Assembly: GCA_031459915.1 (NCBI GenBank)
Contig: JAVKHO010000019.1
Location: 1-54,326 of the forward strand
Reading direction: 5' to 3'
Source of the DNA: Candidatus Tepidifontimicrobium thermophilum
Lineage (GTDB): Bacteria > Sysuimicrobiota > Sysuimicrobiia > Sysuimicrobiales > Sysuimicrobiaceae
DNA: 54,326 nucleotides
Shown here: one piece after another, positions 44,857 through 53,206 of the stretch
Layout of the letters: the number at the start of each line of letters is the position of its first letter
Numbering within the stretch: the stretch's first letter is position 1
The notes under the pieces: generated by a model
Told to the model about the DNA's origin: nothing
Database searches by the model: none
The model's input: the letters and a program-made list of their open reading frames with translations, nothing else
Made by a program: the position numbers and the translations under genes

Positions 44857-46686
44857 GTGCGGGTTACAGGCCCGGTCCTGAAAGGCCTTCTGTACGGAGC
44901 CGTGGGCTACGTCCTGGGCGGGCCGGTGCTGGCCGCGGTGGTGCGCGCCGCGGGCGGTTCCTTCCCCTTCGACCTGGAGCTGGCCGCGGGATCGGTCCTG
45001 GGGACGGTGGGCTGGCTGGCCGGCGTGGGCATGTGGGACGTGTGGGCCCGGGGCTGGTTCGGGCTGCCCCTGCGGTCCTGGCCCGAGGACGACGGGGTGG
45101 CCCGGTACTTCCGGTTCACCACCGACCACAAGGTCATCGGGATCCAGTATCTGGTGACGTTCCTGGGGCTGCTGTTTCTTGGTGGGGCCCTGGCCATGCT
45201 GATGCGGTGGGAGCTCATGCGGCCGGGGATGCAGCTGCTCACCCTCAACGGGTTCAACCAGGTGATGAGCCTGCACGGCATCATCATGATCGCGGTGGCG
45301 GTAGCCATCCTCCTCGGCGGGCTGGGGAACTACTGTGTGCCGCTGATGATCGGCGCCCACGACATGGCCTTCCCCCGGGTCAACGCCCTGAGCTACTGGC
45401 TCACGCCTCCCGTGGCGGTGATGCTGCTGGCAAGCCTCCTGGTGGGAGGCTGGGACTCCGGGTGGACCGCTTACCCGCCCCTCAGCACGGTGAACGCCCC
45501 CGGACAGGTCCTCATGATCGTGGCGGTGGTGATCTTCGGCTTGTCCAGCATCCTGGGCGGGATCAACTTCCTGGTGACCATCGCCCGCATGCGGGCGCCC
45601 GGGATGACGTGGGGCCGGTTGCCGATCTTCGTGTGGTCGGTGTTCGCGGCGTCCCTGCTGAGTTTCGTCGTGACCCAGTACCTGGCCGCGAGCCTGCTGA
45701 TGGTCCTGCTGGACCGGGTGGCGGGGATGAGCTACTTCCACTTCGCCCGCGGTGGGACCCCCGTCGTCTACCAGCAGCTGTTCTGGTTCTACTCGCACCC
45801 CGCGGTGTACATCATGATCGTGCCCGCCTTCGGGGCCGCCCTGGAGGTGATCACCCACTTCGCCCGGACGCCCCTGTACGCCTACCGGTGGGTGGTGGGG
45901 GCGTTCCTGGGCATCGTGGGGCTCAGCACCATCGTGTGGGCGCACCACAACTTCACCAGTGGGATGCCCGACTGGATGCACGCGCCCATGCTGGCCACCA
46001 CGGAGGCCATCTCGGTTCCCACGGGGCTGGTGTTCCTGTCGGCGCTGGGGACCCTGCTGCGGGGGAGGCTATGGCTGCGCACGCCCATGCTGTTCGCGCT
46101 GGCGTGGGTGTGGAACTTCCTCATCGGGGGGATCACGGGGATCTTCAACGCGGACGTGGCCACAGACCTGCACCTGCACGACACGTACTTCGTGGTGGCC
46201 CACTTTCACTACACCATCATGGGCGGGGAGATCTTCGCGCTGCTGGCGGCCGTGTACTACTGGTACCCGAAGATCACGGGCCGCATGTACGACGAACGCC
46301 TCGGGAGGCTGCACTTCTGGTGGAGTTTCCTGGCGTTCAACGCCACGTTCTTGCCCATGTTCTGGGCGGGGCTGCACGGGATGAACCGCCGGATCGCGGA
46401 CTACCCGGCGGCCCTGGGTAGTGTGAACCTGTGGACGAGCCTCGCGGCTTTCCTGCTGGGCGCGAGTTTTCTGGTGTTCCTGTACAACTTCGTGGTGAGC
46501 TGGGTGCGAGGCCCGAGGGCGGAGGCCAATCCGTGGCAGGCCTCCACCCTGGAGTGGCAGGTACCGAGCCCGCCGCCGGTGGAGAACTTCCCGGCCCCAC
46601 CCGCGGTGGTGGGAGCCCCCTACGTGTACGGGATGCCAGGAGTCCGTCACGCGGTCCTCGGGGCAGCGGGAGGGAGCGAACGGTGA
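44857..46686 (+). CDS. coxA: Heme-copper oxidase subunit I, A2-type variant
   Basis: DHKVIG, HGIIM, DMAFPRVN, FWFYSHPAVY, WAHH, HDTYFVVAHFHY, GMNRR. Confidence 0.92.
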   Translation: MRVTGPVLKGLLYGAVGYVLGGPVLAAVVRAAGGSFPFDLELAAGSVLGTVGWLAGVGMWDVWARGWFGLPLRSWPEDDGVARYFRFTTDHKVIGIQYLVTFLGLLFLGGALAMLMRWELMRPGMQLLTLNGFNQVMSLHGIIMIAVAVAILLGGLGNYCVPLMIGAHDMAFPRVNALSYWLTPPVAVMLLASLLVGGWDSGWTAYPPLSTVNAPGQVLMIVAVVIFGLSSILGGINFLVTIARMRAPGMTWGRLPIFVWSVFAASLLSFVVTQYLAASLLMVLLDRVAGMSYFHFARGGTPVVYQQLFWFYSHPAVYIMIVPAFGAALEVITHFARTPLYAYRWVVGAFLGIVGLSTIVWAHHNFTSGMPDWMHAPMLATTEAISVPTGLVFLSALGTLLRGRLWLRTPMLFALAWVWNFLIGGITGIFNADVATDLHLHDTYFVVAHFHYTIMGGEIFALLAAVYYWYPKITGRMYDERLGRLHFWWSFLAFNATFLPMFWAGLHGMNRRIADYPAALGSVNLWTSLAAFLLGASFLVFLYNFVVSWVRGPRAEANPWQASTLEWQVPSPPPVENFPAPPAVVGAPYVYGMPGVRHAVLGAAGGSER

Positions 46687-46883
46687 GGCCGGACCGTTTG
46701 CCGGAGAAGTTGAGCGTGGGCGGCCGGGTGTTCGGCGCCCTGGGGGTGCTGACTGCAGTGGAGTGGTTCGCCGCACGCTGGCCCGGGGCGCTGTTGTGGC
46801 TGACCCTCATCGCCCTGGGCAAGACCGCCCTGATCGCGGAGTACTTCATGCACTACTCCCAGCTGGTCCGGCCGGAGGAGTGA
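46683..46883 (+). CDS. Heme-copper oxidase subunit IV
   Basis: LTAVE and K..LI..YFMH motifs; GTGA overlap with coxA. Confidence 0.75.
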   Translation: MRPDRLPEKLSVGGRVFGALGVLTAVEWFAARWPGALLWLTLIALGKTALIAEYFMHYSQLVRPEE

Positions 46884-46884
46884 G

Positions 46885-47451
46885 ATGCACCCCGCGGAGG
46901 CTGCAGGACGCCTGAGCGCTCACGAGCTGCAGAACGCCCGCCTGGGGCTGTGGCTGTTCATCGTGTCGGAGGCGGCGCTGTTCAGCGCCTTCATAGCGGC
47001 CCGGTACCTGAACCTGGGGACTTCCCGCCCTGAGGAGCTCAACCAGCTCCTAGGTCTGGGGATCACCGGGGTGCTGCTGCTCAGCAGTCTGACCGCCTAC
47101 CGCGCCGAGACGTGCATCGCCCACGGAGACCGCCCGGGCTTTCTGCGGAATGTCCTATGGACGGTCCTGCTGGCGGGCGTGTTCCTGGTGGGCGTGGTGG
47201 TGGAGTGGGGGGAGGGTTTCCACTACTTCCCGCCCTCCACCCGGTACGGCACGAGCTTCTTCTCCCTGACGGGGCTGCACGGGCTGCACGTGCTGAGCGG
47301 AGCGGTGCTGCTGCTGGGCATCTACCTCCACGGCCGGCGCGGCCGGTACGGGCCAGGCGAGTACTGGCCCGTGGAAGGCGTGGTGAAGTACTGGCACTTC
47401 GTGGACGTGGCTTGGGTGTTCATCTACCCGACCCTTTACCTGGTGGGGTGA
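46885..47451 (+). CDS. coxC: Heme-copper oxidase subunit III
   Basis: WLFIVSE, TGLHGLHV, YWHFVDVAW. Confidence 0.92.
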   Translation: MHPAEAAGRLSAHELQNARLGLWLFIVSEAALFSAFIAARYLNLGTSRPEELNQLLGLGITGVLLLSSLTAYRAETCIAHGDRPGFLRNVLWTVLLAGVFLVGVVVEWGEGFHYFPPSTRYGTSFFSLTGLHGLHVLSGAVLLLGIYLHGRRGRYGPGEYWPVEGVVKYWHFVDVAWVFIYPTLYLVG

Positions 47452-47455
47452 CGCC

Positions 47456-48169
47456 ATGACCCTGACGGTGGAACTGAGCCACGTGGTGGACGCCCTGAGC
47501 CGGGAGGCGGGTTGCCCTCTGGTGGTGGCAGGGCCGGACGGTACGGTGCTGGCGTCGGCGGTGCGCTACCCTGTGCCGTGCTTTTCTGCGCCCGAGTTCA
47601 CGGGGATCTGTCCTGGGGCCCGGGCGTTCGCCGAGCATCCGGCTGCAGGGGCTGTAGTGCGGCAGTGCCCCAAGAACGGCCAGGCCCACGTGGTGGTGAG
47701 CGTGGACAGACAGCCGCGGGCGGTGGTGCTGGCGGAGCTGTGGCTGGCCGCTGCCCGGGGGGCCCGGGCTCGGGCGCGCCGCGCGGCGCGGGTGCTGGCG
47801 GGGATCGTGCGGGAAGCGCTCCCGCAGCGTGCGCCAGACCCGGAGGTAGCGGCTGAGGAAGTGCCGTCCGAGCTGTTACGCCGGGCCCTGGCGGACGGGC
47901 GGCTCAGCCCCGGGGGGCTGCGGAGACTACGGGCCCGGTACCGGCTTTCGTGGCGGGAGCTGGAAGTCCTCGTCCTGTACTACCTCACCGCGCACGGACC
48001 TGACGGGCGGGCCCGGGCTTCCGTGGGAGAGGCCCTGGGGCTGACCGAGGGCACCGTCCGGGAGTACGTCCGGCGCCTGCGCCGCAAGCTGCGCCTGCGC
48101 TTCCGCAGGTCCCCCGAGATCTGGGCCTGGGCTCAGGCGGAGGGACTCGTGGGGGAGAACGGGCGGTGA
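47456..48169 (+). CDS. Putative regulator: Cys-containing PocR-like sensor + LuxR-like HTH
   Basis: LSWRELEVL...LGLTEGTVREYVRRLRRKL; N-terminal domain with four Cys. Confidence 0.6.
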   Translation: MTLTVELSHVVDALSREAGCPLVVAGPDGTVLASAVRYPVPCFSAPEFTGICPGARAFAEHPAAGAVVRQCPKNGQAHVVVSVDRQPRAVVLAELWLAAARGARARARRAARVLAGIVREALPQRAPDPEVAAEEVPSELLRRALADGRLSPGGLRRLRARYRLSWRELEVLVLYYLTAHGPDGRARASVGEALGLTEGTVREYVRRLRRKLRLRFRRSPEIWAWAQAEGLVGENGR

Positions 48170-49293
48170 ACCGTCCCGTGGCGACCTCCCCTGCCGGGCT
48201 GGGGCAGCGGCGGCGGTACGTGTTCGACCGGGCGCCGCTCTTGATCTACTGGGAGCTCACCCGGGCGTGCGACCTGGCCTGCCAGCACTGCCGCGCGGAA
48301 GCCGTACGCGACCGTCACCCTCTGGAGCTGTCCACGGAGGAGGGACGCCGCATGCTGCGAGGGGCCACCGCGTTCGGCGATCCCCTCCCACACTGGGTGC
48401 TCACCGGGGGCGACCCCTTCAAACGGCCGGACCTACCGCTGCTGGTAGAAGAAGCCCGTGGCCTGGGATTTGGCGTGTCCCTGGCGCCGAGCGCCACACC
48501 CCTGGTGACTCGTGAGGCCGTCCGAAGCCTGGCGCGGGCCGGTGTGCAGGCCATCTCCCTGAGCCTGGACGGTGCTACGGCGGAGCGCCACGACGGCCTC
48601 CGCGGGATTCCCGGTTGCTTCGACTTGACCCTGCGCTTGGCCCGGTACGTGCGGGAGGAGGGGGTCGCCCTGCAGGTCAACACCCTCGTCACCGCCGCGA
48701 CCGTGGACGACCTGCCTGCCCTGTACCAGTTGGTGCGCCGCCTGGACGTGATCCGGTGGAGCCTGTTTTTCCTGATCCGCGTGGGACGCGGGCGGATGCT
48801 GGAGGAGGTCAGTCCGGAGGTGGCCGAGCGCCTGTGCCACTGGCTGTTCGACCTGAGCCGGGAGTCTTGCTTCGCGATCAAGACCACGGAGGCCCCCCAC
48901 TACCGCCGCGTGGCGCTGCTGCGGATGCTCCGGGAGGGCATGACCCTCCCGGAGATTGCCAGGACGTCCGTGGGGCGCGGGTTTGGGGTAAGGGACGGGA
49001 ACGGTATCGTGTTCGTGTCGCACGTGGGCGAGGTCTACCCGTCCGGTTTCCTGCCCCTGCGGGCCGGCAGCGTCCGGGAACGCAGCCTGGTGGAGGTGTA
49101 CCGTTCCTCGGAGGTGATGGTACGGCTGCGGGACACCGACCGGCTGAGGGGAAAGTGCGGACGCTGCCCGTTCCGGGAAATCTGCGGGGGCTCGCGGGCC
49201 CGCGCGTACGCCCACACGGGTGACCCCATGGGCAGCGACCCCCTGTGCCCCTACGAGCCCCTGGAGACCGCGGCTGCGCCTGGTGGGCCGTGA
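48166..49293 (+). CDS. Radical SAM/SPASM protein, AhbD/NirJ-like
   Basis: WELTRACDLACQHCRA; C-terminal GKCGRCPFREICGGSRARAY...DPLC. Confidence 0.85.
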   Translation: MNRPVATSPAGLGQRRRYVFDRAPLLIYWELTRACDLACQHCRAEAVRDRHPLELSTEEGRRMLRGATAFGDPLPHWVLTGGDPFKRPDLPLLVEEARGLGFGVSLAPSATPLVTREAVRSLARAGVQAISLSLDGATAERHDGLRGIPGCFDLTLRLARYVREEGVALQVNTLVTAATVDDLPALYQLVRRLDVIRWSLFFLIRVGRGRMLEEVSPEVAERLCHWLFDLSRESCFAIKTTEAPHYRRVALLRMLREGMTLPEIARTSVGRGFGVRDGNGIVFVSHVGEVYPSGFLPLRAGSVRERSLVEVYRSSEVMVRLRDTDRLRGKCGRCPFREICGGSRARAYAHTGDPMGSDPLCPYEPLETAAAPGGP

Positions 49294-49356
49294 GGGACTC
49301 GAACCCCCGACGCCCGGGTTAAAAGCCCGGCGCTCTGCCCGCTGAGCTAACGGCCC
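49281..49356 (-). tRNA. tRNA-Lys(TTT)
   Basis: GGGCCGTTAGCTCAG...CCGGG-CT-TTT-AA-CCCGG...GGTTCGAGTCC...ACGGCCC-A-CCA; 76-nt cloverleaf with encoded CCA. Confidence 0.96.
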
Positions 49357-49364
49357 CGGAGGCG

Positions 49365-49405
49365 ATTGTAACACCCCGGGCGGGCGTGGCGGCGCTCGGT
49401 ACAAT
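49365..49405. promoter_or_regulatory. Divergent TACAAT -10 elements for the tRNA and DMT genes
   Basis: ATTGTA at 49365-49370 (minus-strand TACAAT, 8 nt before the tRNA 5' end) and TACAAT at 49400-49405. Confidence 0.55.
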
Positions 49406-49438
49406 AGGCGCAGCCCGCCAGCTGTCCGGGAGGCACCT

Positions 49439-50326
49439 TTGAGCGGGGAAGGGTACGCGCTTCTGGCCGCCTTCGCGTTCGCCCTCAGTACGGTGTTCAC
49501 GAGGCAGTTCGCCGTGGGGTCCAGAGGGCGGCCTCCTGTGCGGCCGGAGGTGGGCGTGTTGGTGAGCCTCAGCACGGATCTCGTCCTGTTTGGGAGCCTG
49601 GCCACGGCCGAGCTGCGGCGGGGCGCGGGCGCGCAACTCACCTGGCAGTCGGCGCTCCTGTTCATGGTAGGCGCGGTGGTGGCCAGCATGCTGGGCCGTA
49701 ACCTCGCCTACGTGAGCGTGCAGCAGGCCGGTGCGGGGCGCTCCACCGCCATCCGGCTGTGCAACACCCTGTTCGCAGCCGCGGTGGGGTGGGTTTGGTT
49801 GCACGACCTGCCGCGCCCGTGGCAGGTGGTGGGGGCGCTTTTGATCACCACGGGACTCTGGCTGGTGGTCACCGAGCGGGAGGGTTGGGTGGAGGGGGCG
49901 AGCTGGATGGGCGTCGCCACCGCGGTGGGCGCCGCGGCCGCGTTCGCGCTGGGCGACACCGCCCGGCGGGCCGCACTACACGTCACTCCCTCGCCACCCC
50001 TGGGAGCGTTCGTGGGCGTCTGTGCGGCGCTGCCGGCCCAGCTGCTGTACCTGAGGCCGTGGCGCTGGCCGCGGGAGTTCCTGCGACACGTGTGGCGGCC
50101 GGACGTGCTGGGAAGCGGTTTCTTCAACACCGTGGCGTTGCTGCTCCTGTTCTTCGCCTTCCAGCGCACGCCCGTGGCGAACGCGGCGGCCCTGTACAAC
50201 CTGCAGGTGCTGCTGGTGATCGTGCTGGGACGGTGGATGCTCCGGGGTGAGGACCCAGGAGGGGGGCGGCTGGTGCTGGGCAGCGTCCTGGCGGTGGTGG
50301 GGGCGGGGCTCGTGCTGTGGGGCTAG
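49439..50326 (+). CDS. DMT/EamA family transporter
   Basis: 10 TM segments in two EamA-like repeats. Confidence 0.8.
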   Translation: MSGEGYALLAAFAFALSTVFTRQFAVGSRGRPPVRPEVGVLVSLSTDLVLFGSLATAELRRGAGAQLTWQSALLFMVGAVVASMLGRNLAYVSVQQAGAGRSTAIRLCNTLFAAAVGWVWLHDLPRPWQVVGALLITTGLWLVVTEREGWVEGASWMGVATAVGAAAAFALGDTARRAALHVTPSPPLGAFVGVCAALPAQLLYLRPWRWPREFLRHVWRPDVLGSGFFNTVALLLLFFAFQRTPVANAAALYNLQVLLVIVLGRWMLRGEDPGGGRLVLGSVLAVVGAGLVLWG

Positions 50327-50399
50327 ACTTGCTGCCGGCCCGTTGCGGGTCCGCCTATGCTAGGGGTGAATCGCAAACATCGTCCGGAGGTGGAGTCGG

Positions 50400-50603
50400 A
50401 TGGCAGAGGTGACCATCACCCCGCGCGACAACGGTCCGTACCTGGTGCGAGGGCCAGTGCGCTTGGTGGACGCGGACGGCCGCGAGTGGCCGTCGGACCG
50501 CGAGGTGGTCGCGCTGTGCCGGTGCGGCGGCAGCTCCAACAAGCCTTTCTGCGACGGCACGCACGCCCGGATCGGTTTCCAGTCGCAGTGCCGGGCCCCG
50601 TGA
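50400..50603 (+). CDS. CDGSH iron-sulfur domain protein
   Basis: NGPYLVRG and LCRCGGSSNKPFCDGTH. Confidence 0.92.
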   Translation: MAEVTITPRDNGPYLVRGPVRLVDADGREWPSDREVVALCRCGGSSNKPFCDGTHARIGFQSQCRAP

Positions 50604-50636
50604 GCCTGCGGGCGGCGCGCCTGTAGGAGGTGGCGG

Positions 50637-51434
50637 TTGCCGGAGCTGTACCTGCGCGGGTGGAGGTTTCACTACGCGGAGTGGGGGACCGGATTGCCCG
50701 TGGTGCTCGTCCACGGATTCCCCCTGTCCTCGGAGATCTGGGCCGAGGTCGCCGTGCGCCTGGGGGACATCTCCCGAGTAGTGGCGCCCGACCTGCGCGG
50801 CCACGGGGACTCCGAGGCCCCGCCGGGCCCGTACTCCATGGACGACCTCGCGGAAGACGTGGTGGGCCTGGCAGACGCGCTCGGGTTTGAGCGGTTTGTC
50901 CTGGGCGGCCACTCCATGGGCGGGTACGTGGCGTTCCGGGTGGCGGCCCGCTGGCCGGAGCGCCTTTCGGGCCTCGTGTTGGTGGCCACCCGCGCCGAGG
51001 CGGACACCGAGGATGGCCGGGCCCGGCGCCGGAAGGCCATCGAGAGGATTCAGGTCGAGGGAGCCTCGGCATTCCTCGCGGACTTCCTGCCGAACCTGGT
51101 GAGCGACCAGACGCGGCGGAGTCGTCCAGAAGTGATGGCGCGGTTGTGGGAGGCCGCCCACCGGGTGCCCGACCGCGCCCTCGTGGCCTGCCTTCAGGGC
51201 ATGATGGACCGGCCCGACAGCCGGCAGCTGCTGAAGCAGCTGTCGGTGCCGGCACTCGTGGTGGCGGGCGAGCAGGACGCCGTGGTGCCCGTGGAGTCCG
51301 CCAGGGCCATGGCGGAGGCCTTACCGAGGGCGCGGCTGGTGGTGGTGGCGGGGGCTGGGCACGTGCCCAGCGTGGAGGCGCCCGAGGCCACGGCGTCTGC
51401 CCTGCGGGAGTTCCTGTCCGCGTTGAGGGCCTGA
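50637..51434 (+). CDS. Alpha/beta-fold hydrolase
   Basis: HGFP, DLRGHG, GHSMGG nucleophile elbow, GEQD, AGH. Confidence 0.9.
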   Translation: MPELYLRGWRFHYAEWGTGLPVVLVHGFPLSSEIWAEVAVRLGDISRVVAPDLRGHGDSEAPPGPYSMDDLAEDVVGLADALGFERFVLGGHSMGGYVAFRVAARWPERLSGLVLVATRAEADTEDGRARRRKAIERIQVEGASAFLADFLPNLVSDQTRRSRPEVMARLWEAAHRVPDRALVACLQGMMDRPDSRQLLKQLSVPALVVAGEQDAVVPVESARAMAEALPRARLVVVAGAGHVPSVEAPEATASALREFLSALRA

Positions 51435-51437
51435 CGC

Positions 51438-52322
51438 TTACAGCAAGGCCAGCTGCCGGGGAGCGGGAGGCGGCTGCAGCACCGTGCCCGCCCTGAAGCG
51501 GGCTCGGTTCCTGGATTGCGCCACCCGCAGGGCGATCTGGCGGCGGTAGCTGGAGGGCGCGTAGCGCCGGGGGTAAAGGTCCCGGTACGTGGGCAGGAGC
51601 TGAGGGTAGCGGGCCTCCAGGAACCTCCAGAAGGCGTCGCGGGTGACCTCCCCGAGGTGCAGGACGTTGTGGGCCACGAAGTGAGCCCCGCTGTCTGCGG
51701 CCGCGCGGATCACGGCGTCCAGGTTCTCGGCGCTGTCGGTGAGCCCTGGCAGCACAGGCGCCAACAGCACGCCCGTACGCACCCCCGCCTCTGAGAGCTG
51801 TTGCACGGTCCGCAGTCGGTGCCGCGGCAGGGCCACGTTGGGCTCGATCTGCCGGGCCAGCTCCGGGTCGAGGGTCACCAGGCTGATGCAGACAGTTAGT
51901 CCCGCCCTGCGGGCCAGGTCCTGCAGGATGTCCAGATCGCGCAGGACCAGGGGTGAACGGGTCACCAGGCTGGCGGGGGTCCGGAACTCAACGAGGACCT
52001 CCAGAATGCCACGGGTGATCCGGTAACGGGCCTCTGCGGGCTGGTAGGGGTCGGTGGCGGTGCCCACGGCGACCAGTTCACGCTTCCACGATGGCCGCGC
52101 GAGCTCCGACCGGAGTACCTGCGGGGCGTTCACCTTGACGAAGATCCTGGTGGACCAGCCCCTCACCCCGTCCTCGTCCAGGAACCAGTGGGTGCGGCGG
52201 GCGTAGCAGAACGGACATCCGTGGACGCAGCCGCGGTACGGGTTGACGGACCAGGCGAAACCCATCCCGCACACGCGGTTGAGCACGCTCTTCACGTGGA
52301 CCTCTACCAGCTCCGGCGGCAT
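51438..52322 (-). CDS. SplB-like (Rv2578c-type) radical SAM DNA-repair protein
   Basis: NPYRGCVHGCPFCYAR, GTATDPYQP; start placed at ATG 52322, downstream of a clear promoter. Confidence 0.85.
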   Translation of the reverse strand: MPPELVEVHVKSVLNRVCGMGFAWSVNPYRGCVHGCPFCYARRTHWFLDEDGVRGWSTRIFVKVNAPQVLRSELARPSWKRELVAVGTATDPYQPAEARYRITRGILEVLVEFRTPASLVTRSPLVLRDLDILQDLARRAGLTVCISLVTLDPELARQIEPNVALPRHRLRTVQQLSEAGVRTGVLLAPVLPGLTDSAENLDAVIRAAADSGAHFVAHNVLHLGEVTRDAFWRFLEARYPQLLPTYRDLYPRRYAPSSYRRQIALRVAQSRNRARFRAGTVLQPPPAPRQLALL

Positions 52323-52334
52323 GGCCCCGCGGCC

Positions 52335-52363
52335 AAGATAGGGTACATCTGTTCGCATGTCAA
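52335..52363 (-). promoter_or_regulatory. Sigma70 promoter TTGACA-17-TATCTT enclosing a LexA-type box GAAC-AGAT-GTAC
   Basis: Minus strand reads TTGACA TGCGAACAGATGTACCC TATCTT. Confidence 0.75.
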
Positions 52364-52689
52364 CGGTCGGGCTCCGCCTCCTCGGTTCCAGTGAGGAGAG
52401 TAAGGGTGGCACCGAACCGGCGGACCATCTCCGCGGCGTCCCGCCCCGCCTCCGCCATGGCCGGGCTCCGGAGTGCCTCCCGTAGGTGCTCTTCTGTGGC
52501 AAAGGTGGCCTCAAAGATCTGGTAATAGGGCACCTCCCCGCCCAAGGGCGACCCGGTAATGCGGGTCACCGAGTAGGACTGGAGGTTCGGCCAGCGCTTC
52601 ACGATCCCGAGGTGGGTGTTCCGGTAGTGCGCGTCGAACCCGGGAACGTCTTGCGGTTTCCCCCACAGGGCGACGAGCTTTGCGGCCAT
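52360..52689 (-). CDS. EthD-family protein
   Basis: KLVALW.KP.D...FDAHY...H motif. Confidence 0.8.
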   Translation of the reverse strand: MAAKLVALWGKPQDVPGFDAHYRNTHLGIVKRWPNLQSYSVTRITGSPLGGEVPYYQIFEATFATEEHLREALRSPAMAEAGRDAAEMVRRFGATLTLLTGTEEAEPDR

Positions 52690-52777
52690 ACGGACCCCCC
52701 GCTGCGGTTTGACACCATCCTGGCCCTACCTCGGCGACCGGTCAACTGCCCCTTAGAATGTGGGGAGGGGTGAGCAC

Positions 52778-53125
52778 ATGGCACTGGTCCTGAGCTTCCG
52801 GTGCGGCCGCTGCGGCAAGGAGTACGCGGTGTACTATCCGAAGGCCGTGGTCTACCCTTTGTACGGCCAGGGGACGCGGGAGCAGGGCGCCCGGGAGGAC
52901 GAGCGTGAGGCCCAAAGCGGCGCCCTGCGGGCCCTGCAGGAACGGGCGGAGCAGCAGGGGAAGACGTGGGTGAACGCGGGGGAACAGCAGCAGGTGGTGT
53001 GCACGTGCGGAAAGACTCTGAACCTCGACCTCGCCCAACACCCCAGGGTCCCGCAGAGCCGGCCGGCAGCCACGCGCCAGGTGGGGCTCATCCCGTTCGG
53101 CCCCGTGCACAGGAAGCCCTCGTGA
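52778..53125 (+). CDS. Hypothetical Zn-finger-like protein
   Basis: CGRC and CTCG pairs; GGAGGG SD. Confidence 0.6.
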   Translation: MALVLSFRCGRCGKEYAVYYPKAVVYPLYGQGTREQGAREDEREAQSGALRALQERAEQQGKTWVNAGEQQQVVCTCGKTLNLDLAQHPRVPQSRPAATRQVGLIPFGPVHRKPS

Positions 53126-53206
53126 CCGCTCCCACCCGCGCGGGCCCGTCTCCGTGCGGGAGACGCCGCCTGCGCCGTAGAAGACCATTCCCGAAGGAGG
53201 ATCGCC

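Noticed and set aside
44857..46686. Calling the oxidase a canonical NO reductase
   Set aside because: The cross-link Tyr and D-channel are retained; known NOR families replace the Tyr
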